Shown here one piece after another: positions 32,726 to 50,600 of a stretch of 64,000 nt of DNA. Source of the stretch: Eledone cirrhosa (lineage: Eukaryota). Under the pieces are notes generated by a model. The model was not told the DNA's origin. It made no database searches and saw only the letters and a program-made list of their open reading frames with translations. Within the stretch, counting starts at the first letter, position 1. Each line of letters opens with the position of its first letter. Made by a program: the position numbers and the translations under genes. Location: assembly GCA_964016885.1 (NCBI GenBank), contig OZ024743.1:18786001-18850000 (forward strand), written 5' to 3'.

Positions 32726-34079
32726 ATTATTACTTTCATTCCGTAAGGTTTTTGTGAGATCCAACTGATTTACATGGACGGATTATTAGTTGGTATAACT
32801 GGTACTTATTTTGTGAGTTCAGACATGGTATAATCCGAGAGGTAGTTGAGATTAGAATGAAAAAGGAGAAATTAGGAAATAGAGCTTTGTTATCTTAGCT
32901 CAATATCTGCAGATTCTGCACCCAGCTGATATAGCCTATGTATATTTCAACATCTAAACTTATATAAGGCATTATTTGACTTCTTATAAATATACAGAAG
33001 CAAATCATATGAATTCGTAGTCGTACGTATAAGCGTATACGTACTTGAAAGTACATGAGAGCAGGAGTCCTATTCCAATATTAGTAGGTGAAATTTTCTA
33101 AATAAGATTCTATAGTTATCTTAGCAATTTTAATTTTCAGTGGGTTATATGTTTTTCAAAAGTATTTAAATTAGTAGGTTAATTACATAGTTTAAATTCC
33201 AAAGAATGTCAACTAATCACTGCACTTATTTGCAAAATATATATCATGGATTATCTGTAATAATTTGAATTAGTTTACTGTAACTCCGCTACGTACTTTA
33301 TGAATTGATATCACTTTATAATTAGACAGAGAAGCTGTACACTTCCTACAAGTATCGTATTTGATGCAAATTAATATATTGATGCATTTAAAGAATTGTT
33401 AAAACACATTTTTCATTAGAGAGTAATGCCATTCGAAGGCATGATATATGGATATTCCTGACATTATTTTCTCGTCTCCCTTTGAATAGTGTAAATGCAT
33501 TATCTTTGACGTATATTGTTGGATAGGATATAGAAATTTTAGTTAGGAAAATGTGCTAAATTACACTTCTCTTTTGTGTTAACGGGAAACTCATAATAAC
33601 ATCAATAGGAGTAGTAATTTATCCAAAACCAAAAATAGGGTGAAAACTGAAGATGATTGTAAATGAATATAAATGGAAGGATTCTTGAAAGTCATAAATT
33701 ATTTAATAAAATGTATTCTAGTTTAAAAAAATAGTAAATCAGTCGTCCAATATAGTTCTTGAATAGATTGCCAAGAATATCTAGGTACATTTAATTTTTA
33801 GTTCTATTAAATAATTAAATATTGCATACACACGGAGAAACATGTCACACGCGTACAAACATGCTAACATATATACACACACTCACACATTTATATATAG
33901 TCACAAAGATAAACGCATTATCAGACACACACATATAGATATACATGCACATACATACTTGCATACATACATGTATATATATATATATATTTATATTTAT
34001 ATAGAGAGAGAGATAGACATATATATATATATGTATAATATAAGATCAAAATATATGTTGATTTAAAACTGCACTATCC

Positions 34080-34305
34080 ACAAGTGTTTTTTAGCCTTCA
34101 TATCATGTTCTCCTGTTTTATCTGATGAAAACACAAATATTATTGCATGATGATGTTTGTTTTTGAAATGCGCATAATAAAATACATGGAACTCCTTTAA
34201 CCATCTTTTGATCTTATATTATGTATACTCCAGTCCTACAAACTGTAGAGTGCTTCTTATCCGATATCTGCATTGCTTTATTGTACTACAATAAAACTCA
34301 CCTCC
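34080..34305 (+). mobile_element. pLTR-like repeat with HHR at 34114-34184 (second copy 61811-62238, HHR 61844-61914)
   Basis: TTTTAT-CTGATGA-[long AT-rich stem II]-GAAA-TGCGCA-TA^ATAAAA. Ends in (TA)n. Confidence 0.8.
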
Positions 34306-34308
34306 TAC

Positions 34309-38121
<3,813 letters not shown>

Positions 38122-38169
38122 TATATATATATATAAATAAATATATATATACATATATATATATACAAT

Positions 38170-38513
38170 GGAGGCACATGGATTAGTGGTTAGAGCATTG
38201 GCCTTGCAATCGAAAGGTTGTGAGTTCAATTCTCAGACCGGGTGATGTGTTGTTTCCTTGAGCAAGACACTTTATTTCACATTGCTCCAGTTTACTCAGC
38301 TGTAGAAATGAGATGATAGGGACTGGGGTCGCTATCATTCCACTGCAAAGTGGTCGTGGAGGTGCCACGGCAAAAAAGCACCCAGCACTCACTGTAAATG
38401 AGGTTGGTGTTAGGAAGGGCATCCGGCTGTAGAAATCAAACCAGCATCAGTTCCCGTCCCACCCTTGCAAGCAGGGAAAAGCGGACGTAAAATGAAATGA
38501 AATGAATGATGAT
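38170..38513 (+). mobile_element. tRNA-derived SINE
   Basis: A-box TGGATTAGTGG, B-box GAGTTCAATTC, core TCCTTGAGCAAGACAC, tail (TGAAA)n(TGA)n. Confidence 0.8.
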
Positions 38514-39630
38514 ACAGTATTTACGTATCGAGAGAGAGTAAAAAAAAGGTGAGGATAGGTGATACATAGTTATTTTCAAGTAGCGTATGCCAAAGGTGCT
38601 CGATACTAGTGCCGGCAGTATTAAATATTCGAAGTGTTAATATTTAGTGGGCTAGAGAGTTAGCAGAGCGTTAGCACGTGGGAAAGTAAGAAATCGGGGA
38701 ATAGACCGTTAAAACATGTTTATTTAAAACGGCACCTACGTACATTTCGCCCAGTTGGGATTCTCAAGGGCATAAATAATCAAAAGTGTTCCTTACATTG
38801 CTCGAAAATAGTTTTTGGGGTTAAATCCACGTCAAAGTTCATTGCTTGCAAAAATAGATTGTTTTGATTTTGCAGCAGAACCTGTGTAATATTTGTGCAA
38901 TCATACAAAACTTACATGAATTAAATAAAGAAATCCAATAAAAGAATATGTTGTTATTTTTTCATTTAAATCGTATGATCTTACATAAATCTATATCACT
39001 TCAACTAGGCCAAAATGTGATGCAATGAATATAACATTTTTATTATTATTTAAGACGGCGTTGCTTTGTATTATAACAGAAGTACATTTCGTAAATTTGC
39101 GTACCCTTCATTCATATATAAATTATTGTGTTTTTTTTTAACTAAATGGAAATAATATGAACGACTCTAAAAAGTCACATGCATGAAATTTGCCTAGACA
39201 TTTTAAGTTATATTTCTACTGTGCCCAGCGTTTACTATTGTAACTTATTCAATGAGTTGTTAAATGAGTGAACATGGGTTGACAGTCGAATGAAGGTTAG
39301 GAACGATCTGCAAAATTGTAAGACAGTCGATTCATACAATAAATATAACTTTAAATTGAAGTAATTTTTGAACTCTTAACATTCATTGAACATCACCAAA
39401 TGTTAATTTTCCTTTCTGTCTCCTTACACTGATAGACTACAGTAAAGATGCATCCGGAGGTTTGGCTGAATTGTTGTAGCCTTGGACGTGATGCTTTATG
39501 GTATTTGGATTGAATCGTTTCATCCTGATTAAACATCGTGAATATTTGCAGTTCAACATTATATACACATGTATTCTTTTAGGAATCAGAGCCACACACT
39601 CCCCGCTTTAGCCGAAAATTATCGAAGCTG

Positions 39631-39787
39631 GATTCTTATAGAATTCCAGTAATAATCAGGAGCTAATTATAAAGAGCGGTTGCCTGTACAGCATAAATTA
39701 GGTATTAGGATTCATTAAACATACGGTATATTGCCAAATATACTATACATACATTCATGTATACACCGCTATTTCAGTGCACCAATC

Positions 39788-39792
<5 letters not shown>
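39631..39792. mobile_element. Retrozyme-like subfamily 3 fragment, inverted arrangement
   Basis: Minus part GATTCTTATAGAATTCCAGTAATAATCAGG..GAGCGGTTGCC, then plus part ...CGCTATTTCAGTGCACCAATCCTAAT into (TA)n. Confidence 0.7.
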
Positions 39793-39850
<58 letters not shown>

Positions 39851-39864
39851 CTATATATACATAC

Positions 39865-39996
<132 letters not shown>

Positions 39997-40818
39997 TAGT
40001 TAAGCAAAACAAGACCACAAATTTCACAAGGAAGACATTATTAAAAGATTGTCAACATATTTTAATTTGATGTAAGGAATGTAGAGAATAATAATAATAA
40101 TAGTAATAATAATACTGTCAATTTACAATTGTTTCGCTACTCCATATAATATTTATGGATCAGATGACTATATATCATTATTGATCTGGTTCAGTTGAAA
40201 ATAATTAACATATTTAAAAACAGACCGGCTCTTCGGAACTTCAAAGGAATATAAATTAAAATAAGGAGAGAATGTTACATAATGTAATGTTCCATATATT
40301 GGTGTTTCACTATGGTGTCCTGGCTGTATCAGTTTTCAGCCATAATCAAGCAGTTTTCATCTGTCGAGGCTGCATTGTTTGGGATCTGACTATGAGTAAC
40401 AAGCATGGGTAACTGCATATTGCATATTGAGCACAAGCCTTTAGGCTTCGGCTTCTAACTAATCCACCAATCTCTCCTCTCCTATCTCTTCTCCTATCTC
40501 CATCTCTCTCTTTAAGATTGGTTACTCTTGAACTGTGTATATATATATATATATATATGGAAAGTTATATTTAAATTGTTGGGTTAACAACGAGTAAATA
40601 TTTATAACTGATATAAAAGCACTCAACAAGTATTTGGAGTATCAAATCAACTTCCCAAATGCAAGTCGATTGAAAGGTATGTCGTATCTATTTATTTATA
40701 AGACTGTTTATATTGTATTTTGTCTGAAGAAGGCATAACATATTGTTAATATGATATCCCTGAAATATATATAATGAAATAAATATGGTTTTATAAATAT
40801 AGTTTCCATTTATTTAAT

Positions 40819-40890
<72 letters not shown>

Positions 40891-41041
40891 AAAATAACAG
40901 ATTAAAGTTTAAGCAAATAACCGCTCCTTTCACTCTTAACGGGATCTTCTGAAACTAACAAAGTCAATCTGTGAACGCAGAAGTGAATATATAAAAAACG
41001 TTGCAACCGGAGGAAGACAGGAAGACGATACTTTGATGCGT

Positions 41042-41312
41042 GGAAACGTTCCCTGGCAAAGAACGGGAAAAAACGAATATAATACGTCATTATTTGGAGC
41101 GGTGAAAAACAATTACACGCAAAGACAAAACCACGTTTACGGTATAAAAGAAGTAGTAGACTAATATTCTCTTAGGTGGTTCATAGAAACGTTCTCTGGC
41201 AATGAACGGAAAATACGAAGATAATACGTCATATGTGGAGCGTGGAGAACAATTGCACGTAAATACAAAACCACATAAATGGTATAACTGAAGTCGTAGA
41301 TTAAAATTCTAA
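41042..41312 (+). repeat. Imperfect ~145-bp tandem duplication
   Basis: GAAACGTTC.CTGGCAA.GAACGG...GTAGA.TAA.ATTCT at ~41043 and ~41187. Confidence 0.75.
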
Positions 41313-41530
41313 CTAGCAAACCGAATGATTCTCGGCTTCAGAGTTAAGAATAAAGTAAATAAAATACAGAGGTAACAGAAATTAAATAAATACATACACA
41401 CAACCATATACGTACATACACAAGCATACGCGAAAACACTCGCCATAGGTATACAAATACACGCACATATAAATATGTGTGTATGTGTGTGCGTGTATAC
41501 AAATAATTAAGTAAATAATTAAATAAATAT

Positions 41531-41728
41531 ATAACGAAGGAAATGTGTTAAGGAACAAGATGGACCATAACGCACCAAAGTACTCAATACTTAGGGTAGT
41601 AGAGTGGGTAATAGGAAAACGTAAGACCGCGATGGAAGAGCTCAAGCCGTTTCGACAGCTAATTCTGTACTCAAAATTAGCCGTCGAAACGGCTTGAGCT
41701 CTGCCATCGGTGTCATACTTGTTCCTAT
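41531..41728. mobile_element. Small diverged family B hairpin insertion with tail on the left
   Basis: GAGCTCAAGCCGTTTCGAC.GCTAATT / AATTAGCCGTCGAAACGGCTTGAGCTC palindrome. Tail matches 44941-45020 in reverse. Confidence 0.8.
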
Positions 41729-41748
41729 ATATATATATATATATATAT

Positions 41749-44700
41749 ATAGGAACCAGTAAGACCCCGACAGCTGAGCTCAAGCCGTTTCGACGGCTAA
41801 TTCTGGACTAAATGAAAATTTATCCTGGTATTTAAATAGCCGATCTTCTCAAGGGGTACTTCCATATATGGTCAAAGTGATTGTCAAAAATCAGTAGTAA
41901 TTCTGTGGTTGCAAATTAGTAGGGGAGATGGTGGCTAAACCTACCAGTAGGAGAAAGAGGGGAGGGGGTGGAGTAGACCCAATCAAGCGTTGGTAGTGCC
42001 AGCTACAGCTGGGCATGAGGTCAAAGAAGATACAGGGGAGGGGGAGGAAGTCGGAACGGTAGGTAGAACAATGGGGGGTAGAAATAGGAAAGAAAAAAAT
42101 ACTGAGAGTGAAGAAAAGCAAATAAGTGTAAAGAAAAAAGTAAAGTAAATTAAATTCTACGACCTAGGTGTCAGGCTATTGTTAGGCTAGAATAAAATAA
42201 AGAAAGAAAGAAAGAAGTAAATAAATAAATAAATAAATAACGAAATAAGTAAAAGAACTAGGTGGGACGGGATAGGCAAGGACCCTTTTAAGAGGTATAA
42301 GTACGTAAATGATACGGTGACGGGTCAACAAAAGGGGCCAAAATACTAAAGAGACTACCACGAAATAAACAATAAAGGTTTCCATCCCGGGCCAGCAACG
42401 ACCCAGTGCAGCAAAGTGAACTTGTACGAGATAATAATTCTGAGTCCCGAGAAAAATATATACTAATGCTAACTCTAAAAGATCTAAAACAAGCTACATG
42501 AAAGTTCGTACGAAATAAAGGTAGAATACGGAGAAATGAATTCAGAATCCACCCCGCCCAGAAGAAAAGCGAAGCAAGAAATACTGAAAGAGCTACTATG
42601 CTTCAATCACCTTACCGCTACTTACTGCCGCCTTGGACTTCGCCGAAACACTCGTGCCCATCACCGACCAGGAAAGAAAAATCATCCTCCACGCCAGGAA
42701 GACAGTCTTACTCTTTGACGACTCTAAATGGATAAAAAGAGCTCCCGACTCACCCTTCGACGTCAGCATGGGCGCCACGGATTCGGCGGAGGTCACTGAT
42801 CTTATAGGATTATTCCTAATAGCCAAACTCACTGATATGTTTCCTGCATTCGGTGGTGGATTGTACCGTGATAATGGGCTCCTTACCCTTAAAGGGTACA
42901 ACCCCAGTTGTACAGATCGGGTCCGGAAACAATTAATCAGATTCTTCCGCGACTGGGGATTTAAAATAACCCTACAAACGTCCGTGACCCGAGTAAACTT
43001 CCTGAACGTGACCCTCGACCTCGAAAACGACCTGTACTACCCATACAGGAAACCTAATGACAATCTGCACTACATCCACCGCCGATCAAACCATCCTAGG
43101 AACATCACAAACAACCTGGTCAAAAACATCTCCCTCCGCATATCCCGTTTGTCAGCTAATGAGCGGATATTCGATGAACATGCGCCTTATTACAACCAGG
43201 CCCTCAAGCGGAGTGGTTTCCGGGAGGAAATATCCTACTGTCCAGCTCCCATTAGCGGAACCAGCAGGAGACACCGCCGCTCACGCAATGTAACATGGTT
43301 CAATCCTTCCCACAACGCAGAGGTGACTACTCCCATCGGGAAACTATTCTTTAGGCTCATTGAAAAACACTTCACATTACAACACCGCTACCACAACATA
43401 ATTAACAAAAATACCATCAAACTCTCTTACACCACTACACCAAACTTCGCACAAAACATCGTCTCCTCTAACAACAAAAAACTCAACCCCGATGGCAGAA
43501 ATAACCTAAATAGCAGTGGAGAACCGACCAGGAGGTGTAACTGCCCGGATAGATCTATTTGCCCACTCGACAATAGATGCAGAGACCGTAATGTGATCTA
43601 CCAGTGCAACGTGAGGACGGATACCTCCAACAAAGCCTATATAGGACTTACCGCATGTGACTTCAAGACCCGGCTATACCAACATAGACATACCTTCCGA
43701 AACCCGGCCCGGCGTCACGCCACTACACTTTCGGGCCACATATGGGACCTCAAGGACAACAACATCACCTATGATCTCACTTGGAGATTACTGTCCAGAG
43801 CCAATTCTTACACGGGAGGACGCCGTCCGTGCAATTTATGCTCGGAGGAAACTTTACAAATACTGTTTTCGACGGACCAACTCCTAAACAAGAAAGATGA
43901 ACTGGTTACTGCATGTAAACATAGATTGCGTAGGACTTACCTCGCCCTCAAACCCCATAATGACCCGGGGGGGGGGTAGACTAGGGCTATAACACCCCAC
44001 TTGCCGATTTTGCAATGGGTAACCCCTGCTTGCCAAGGAAGACGTAAGATCTTCTTTGTATTCTTTTATCGCTTCCTTTATTTCCTTCCCCCCTATCTCC
44101 CTTGTCCTTCTACCCCAGCTCTTCTCCTTTGTCGGCGGCTTTTCACGCCCACCCGAGGCTGCCCTTTGGCCCCATGTAGCCTTAGTACCCCCACCACCCC
44201 CTCCACTAGTCTATGATAGATTTGGCGGACTCCGCCCTTTATAGCAGTTGGCTTAGACCCCGGATACTTGCCCCCTTTTTCCGACCGCTCCCACTATTCT
44301 CTGTGCCCTCTATATTTCTTAGTGGCACTTATGCCTTATTTTTTTCGTTTCAGTATTTCTTGCTTCGCTTTTCTTCGCTTTTCTTGCTTCGCTTTTCTTG
44401 CTTCGCTTTTCTTCTTTCTCGTCCCACCTAGTTCTTTTACTTATTTCGTTATTTATTTATTTATTTATTTATTTACTTCTTTCTTTCTTTATTTTATTCT
44501 AGCCTAACAATAGCCTGAGACCTAGGTCGTAGAATTTAATTTACTTTACTTTTTTCTTTACACTTATTTGCTTTTCTTCACTCTCAGTATTTTTTTCTTT
44601 CCTATTTCTACCCCCCATTGTTCTACCTACCGTTCCGACTTCCTCCCCCTCCCCTGTATCTTCTTTGACCTCATGCCCAGCTGTAGCTGGCACTACCAAC

Positions 44701-45020
44701 GCTTGATTGGGTCTACTCCACCCCCTCCCCTCTTTCTCCTACTGGCAGGTTTAGCCACCATCTCCCCTACTAATTTGCAACCACAGAATTACTACTGATT
44801 TTTGACAATCACTTTGACCATATATGGAATTACCCCTTGAGAAGATCGGCTATTTAAATACCAGGATAAATTTTCATTTAGTCCAGAATTAGCCGTCGAA
44901 ACGGCTTGAGCTCAGCTGTCGGGGTCTTACTGGTTCCTATTACCCACTCTACTACCTCAAGTATTGAGTACTTTGGTGCGTTATGGTCCACCTGGTTCCT
45001 TACCACATTTCCTTCGTTAT
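41749..45020 (+). mobile_element. Hydra-like PLE (family B) with ~520-bp inverted pLTR arms (41749-42269 / 44420-44940) and a ~80-nt right tail
   Basis: Near-identical arms, (TA)n on both sides. HHR-like TTGAGAA...GAAACGGCTT at 44837-44907. Confidence 0.9.
42633..43979 (+). CDS. PLE RT (partial) plus GIY-YIG endonuclease, 448 aa; catalytic motif reads YRDN, so probably inactive
   Basis: FDVSMGA.DSAE..DLIG, LYRDNGL, VNFLNVTL, PYRKPN, SNHP, WFNP, CNC...CPL...C, VIYQC...YIGLT, CNLCSEE. Confidence 0.9.
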   Translation: MDFAETLVPITDQERKIILHARKTVLLFDDSKWIKRAPDSPFDVSMGATDSAEVTDLIGLFLIAKLTDMFPAFGGGLYRDNGLLTLKGYNPSCTDRVRKQLIRFFRDWGFKITLQTSVTRVNFLNVTLDLENDLYYPYRKPNDNLHYIHRRSNHPRNITNNLVKNISLRISRLSANERIFDEHAPYYNQALKRSGFREEISYCPAPISGTSRRHRRSRNVTWFNPSHNAEVTTPIGKLFFRLIEKHFTLQHRYHNIINKNTIKLSYTTTPNFAQNIVSSNNKKLNPDGRNNLNSSGEPTRRCNCPDRSICPLDNRCRDRNVIYQCNVRTDTSNKAYIGLTACDFKTRLYQHRHTFRNPARRHATTLSGHIWDLKDNNITYDLTWRLLSRANSYTGGRRPCNLCSEETLQILFSTDQLLNKKDELVTACKHRLRRTYLALKPHNDPGGG

Positions 45021-47169
45021 ATATATATATATATATATATATCCAGAGAGTGTTACGAGAACCTGAGCACTCGATAATTAGTTACACGTCAATAGCGAGG
45101 TGTAGAGCTATACAGAGTGTAATATAACAATACAAAAACATCATTACAACAGCAAAAGTCTGACGTGCGTTTGATTCCAGTGTCGGGCCAGACCGACACT
45201 GATATGTCGTGTTTATTGGAAATTGAAAGAAAAATGTATATTCTAATCTCTCCTATGCCACTATAAGCTGTTTTCTTTTAGATGCGGCGAATGTTAAAGT
45301 ATATTGACATAAGGATTTCGGTGGCATCATTAAAATAGTTCGAAGACCTTATTTCCGAGAAACCCCATTTAAAAATGGACCTCACATCAAAAAAGAACAT
45401 TACGACACAGTTACTTCATCTCAATTGGATTTACTTTCTTTAATATCATACCAAATATATCAAGACAAACGAAAATCCTATGAAATTCAATTTATCTATG
45501 AACACATACCCTCAGGAAATTCTGGATATACCACCAGCAATTAAATTATTTGCTGGAGTTGGTCTTGTAAAGAAACTGAGAAATGCAATATAATATGTCA
45601 TCGTCATGTGAGGATTTCAAAATATATATGGCTTGGCCTACGAGGTGTGATCCACATTGGCCGAAACATATCAAAGTGATCAAATGTATCAAATAAATGA
45701 AATGTACAATCAACGTATAATTTACATTAACTATTTGACTTCTGAAAGTAGTACCAGTCGTTCCATAAACTTAAACACATCTAGATAATGTTGGAGAGGT
45801 GTCAAAAATATTAATGCATGAAGTAGTCAAATGGTTAATATAAATATTCTCAACTTTCACATTATGTCATGATTATTTTTCGTTATTTTTGACTGGAGCT
45901 GTATGATGGCAAAATTCACTTTTGAACGGTACATATACTGGAAAGAATAGCAGTTTGTGATAGAGTGACAGTCACTTCAGGCATTTCTGTGAAACATAGA
46001 TTCCTGTAAATGTTATATTTCACACGCCTTAGTGAGCAGATGAAAAGCCTGATCAAAGACCATGGATTTAAATTTCGAAAGTCTGAACATCCTCCGAACT
46101 TGTTTGGGGAAATTAAGAGCTTCGACGTTGGATTAGCAGCCTCATTCTAAAAGATTTGATAGATGTATCAGCTCTTTAAACATGTATACCACACACCTAA
46201 AATGAAATCTCCGAATGTACACATTCTCACCGACAATCACTATTACACAAATATATTCTTGCTATGTGTGTGGCTAGAGCGATTTTGTTGTGGGTGAAGT
46301 AGATTTATTTCTGTAAATGTTGTGGTGTGATGTATGTGGTTCAGTAATGTTTGTTGTTAATGTTTATTGCTGTGTGGGGTGTCTTTTTGTAGTATTATCT
46401 GTGGTTGTTGTGGAGGCGAGGTTGAATGTGTTCGGGATGTTTGTTAAAACTGGATGTTCAGTTGGGATTCGTTATGTTGCTGGTGGTGGCATTATCAGTG
46501 GCGATGGGGGCGAGGATGGTACAGAAGAGCTTGATGTTGTCCTATGTTTGTGATGTATTGCAAGGGGAATTTGTGTCTGGCCGATTTTTCAAGTTGTATT
46601 TATTTATTTATTCAATAGTTTGACATTGCTACCCATGTCCATGTTTACTCTTCATGTCTGTGTGTGCCAGGTCAGGGAGGAACATGTATTTCAGACGGGT
46701 TTTACTGCAGGCGTTCGTGTTGCGCCTGGGTGAAAGATGTTGTTGGATCTCCTAGTGATGTCGTTGTTGCTATGTTTGACCTTTTAGAGCTTCCTAGTTA
46801 CATGGTTACCCTACAACGTCCTGCGTTTTCTGTCGCAATGGGTGGAGATGTTAGGTTGATGCTGTGACCCCCCTACTCATTAGCATTTGCTTAGCCTACC
46901 TTATTTCATTTTCTTTGATAGTTATTGTGTCTGTAATTTTCGCTGATAAAGAAACAACTGATTTCGAGGGATCTTCCTGTATTGGGAGGGTACACACACT
47001 GGTCTTCATTTATATTGTTACTGTTGTTGTCGTTGTTGTTGCCGTTACTGCTCCTCTAATTGCTGTCATTCGTATTGTCCAATATTGAAAGAAAGACTAT
47101 TCATAAACCATGTTCTGTTTATAGATGAAATGTGTCTGTTTTGGAAGTTCAAAAACCTGATAGATTCTA

Positions 47170-47690
47170 TGGGTAAAACAGATATATAGCAGTGATATTG
47201 GTATGCAATTTGGGATATCAAAATGCTCGGTTCTCCATAGGATAAAGTAGAAGAAAGCTACAACTAATGGTTGATGGTTGCTTTAGGGAGAAACCATAGG
47301 AGAACCGAAGAGTGTTGATACGAGGATTTGAGGATTTATAAATGTATGTATTTTTACATAAATAAAAGACAAGTTTAGAGTGTTATATCTAAAAAGAGGA
47401 AGATGATTTTAAAATCGAAGACGAATGCAAGAAAACTAGTCATTTCAGTAAGGAGGTTGAACAAAACACTAAGTACTCCGAATTGAAAGTGTAGATGACA
47501 TGACGGTTCGCGATTCCAGACGGTAATATGAAAACGATACCAGTTGTGATCGAGTCTTTACGATCAATCATTTTCAATCTCCGAGACTTATCAAAGTGTT
47601 TGGCAATACTATGCGAATTTGATTCCATACAAAATTCAGCTTTGCGAGGTACTGCGCACATTTTAACGACATTATTATTGTACCCAAAGT
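47170..47690 (+). pseudogene. Internally deleted R4/Dong-like relic
   Basis: SSDIGMQFGISKC (cf. SSDICMQFGIGKC), IPVVIESL (cf. IPIVIGAL), IQNSALRGTAHIL (cf. LQKACLLGTARTL). Confidence 0.65.
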
Positions 47691-50600
47691 AGAAACAATT
47701 ATTATCTGTCTGAGATCCTTGTTGAGACATGAGAGATGAATAAATACTCCGATAATTTGTTCTATCTACACAACCCGAGGAAAGGAATAATATTGTTTCT
47801 ACTTTTGGCACAAGGCCAGCAATTACACAGTGCATTACTGGTACTTTATTTTATCCACCCCCTAATGATGAAAGGCAAAGTTAATATTGTTTCTATGATT
47901 CTGAAATCAAAATCATTTAAGGTAATGATTTCCGAAATTGTTATCAATATTCCTCTTCTCTCACTCACGAGTTTTATTCGAGTGTCTATATAAATACACG
48001 TATCATAAAGATTCCAGTGGGAATAATAACTCACATCAATAATTACATTTTTCCTTACAATTAAGACCATGATTTTAATTCTAAATTTGTCTCATATCCC
48101 GAGCGTGCTACATTATTTGTATTTGTAATGACTTATCTTAGAATAGTATTTAATGTTTCGAGGTGTGCCCCTACTTATATAAATGAATTATTACAATTAC
48201 AGTATCGCATATGTAGATGAAGTACCAGGGAGATAAACTAGAGTGAAGATTGCATTAGTTTCCAGTAACCATGTCAACAGTATACGAATCTGTCGGTAGA
48301 TATTGCAGTGGCAATAACCAATGCAATATTGCGGCATATGTGGCAAATGAGGATTGTAACAATAATCATACCAAAAGTTATTTTCCTACAAATCATTAGT
48401 AAATATAAAAACGATTACAATTACAAATTATCTCATACTGCCGAAGGACTAGTTAATTACTACCTACATTTCTTCGTAACCAAGATAATAATTAATTTTA
48501 TGTTTCTATCTTCTACAGAATTGAAATAACTAATCCGACTATATATTTCACCTAGTAATTCGCGGATGTATACACACAGCTGCTAAGATATTTTGTTTTT
48601 ATTTCCTTACCATCCTGCACTTGGTGTTACTGATACACATTATTTTCGAAAACTAGCATTTTTTCTCTCTAGTAATTCTTAAATTGGAAAAAAAACAACA
48701 TTATCTTGGGAAATATAAGGGAAAAATACACTTCAGATGTAAATTACTCAGGAGATTCTGTTCTATAATTAATTTTGTTATATATTTAAGTTTCACGTTT
48801 GAAAAAGAATATCATTTTCCCTGTCGTGTTTCCTTCTTTATATTGTGCGTGTTTTACTCACTTGAGCTTCAACGCCTTTCTACGCAATGTTCCTGCATTT
48901 TCTTCGTAGTTTCCTGTTATATTTCGTGTATTTCTCTCTCGTGAAATTTGGACTATTACTAAATTATTTATATATGTTAAAATAATGTTCAATAGGAATG
49001 TCAACATTTTTCTTGGCAGAACACTTCGAATGAATGTATACGGAAACGAAAGTAATCTTGCAGCCGAAAATATTGAGTAAGCATAATGTAAATTCTCATA
49101 ACGAATGTTGTTGTTTTTTAATCCAAATTATGTTTAAGAGATATTCTCCTCATCATCTCCATGCCAGTCACTGTCAATGACACCAAACCGATTCCCTTAC
49201 TAATAAGTTTAAGTATAACATATTTTAGAAAAGCAGATCTCTTCACGGTATACATTTGTTAACGAATTTTATACTGCCATTTTTTTTATCTGGTTCAAAA
49301 CTCTTACATTTTGGTGTAAAAACATGTGACTACGTATTTAATAAAATGTTGCAATAAAATTCATGTGATTTGCACATGTCTACTGAAATAATGTTAATGA
49401 CTCTTCAGAAGATAGAACGAAATATCAAATATTACCCTTCTGACCAGCAGCAGCTTTATTTTTCTAGATTGTATAAAACAACATTGACATTGATATCAGC
49501 AAAGGGAACTGAGTATATTTCAATGGAATTTAAATGATAGGTTCGGTCATAAGCATATCAACGTTGAGATACAGTAGCTTAAACGCGCCAACAAACAAGG
49601 CATGCAGTAGCACGTTCAACACCGCGGGTATGTAAGTGGAGAGAATAAACACTTTATCAACAGACACACCTACACCCACTTAACACACATCCATGAACTC
49701 AGGCTGTGAGAGTGCACATCCATTCGTAGATTATTGTGCCAGGGCAGAGGAATAAGTATGTACCACAAATCCCAAATCTGACCAGGCTCTACATCTTGTG
49801 AACAATTTTACTATATTTACCTTCTTGCAGATTCTACAAAACCCAAAATTAATTTTTCAAATCGTTTCCCAAACCCTTTAGCTTCCCTACCCATTCCTGT
49901 TGCCCTAGCCCAAGGCATAATCAGTTCACAGTTTACAATAATCAAAGTTCTATATTTTAAGTATTGTATTTACAACTATATTTCTTTGATTCTGCTATTG
50001 CCTTTGCTATCCGTCATTTATCATGTATATACGTCAATTACCTTTAACTTGCTAGCATGTTAATTTACATTGCGAATAGGAATCAGCTTTATAGTGTAGA
50101 GGTCGTTACAATGTCTCGTTTTCTAACGATTTTCTATTTCTAAACGTTACCAAATAGCATTTCACACTTTGATAGTTTTACTATTTCATACTATTTTATA
50201 CATTATCATCATCAGCCTACATCCTAACAACACTGCTTTCTCTAGTTCCATTATTTGCATTATATCCACTAAATATCACATTTTCTACATTAATTGATAA
50301 GTACTCACCTAACAATTCAAGTTATTTCTTATTTATTTTGTTGTTCGAAAACACCTATTACTCATTATCATCATCTTAAACAACAAAGCTATCCACCATA
50401 AACATCACAAACTACAATAAGTAGCATTATTAGATGAAATGTATATAACCATTGAAACGTTCCATTTTATTCAATACATCCACTATAATCGCTATCATCA
50501 TCGCACTTTTAACAATCCTTCTAACCCAGCCTCTCCATCTGTCTTCTTTTGGTCGCATATATATATAAATAGAGATATATATATATATATATATATGCGT

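Noticed and set aside
38170-38245. Functional tRNA genes here and at 52115 and 52870
   Set aside because: A and B boxes are present but there is no complete cloverleaf, and they are embedded in repeat bodies.
40120-40240. Degenerate HHR motifs (minus strand here; also ~50791-50822 and ~2370-2430)
   Set aside because: Core substitutions (CCGAAGA, CTGAAGG, GTGATGA) and weak stems make them unsupportable as ribozymes.
45045-47150. Possible decayed coding sequence (Thr/Asn-rich on the minus strand)
   Set aside because: No recognisable motif or sustained reading frame, so left uncalled.
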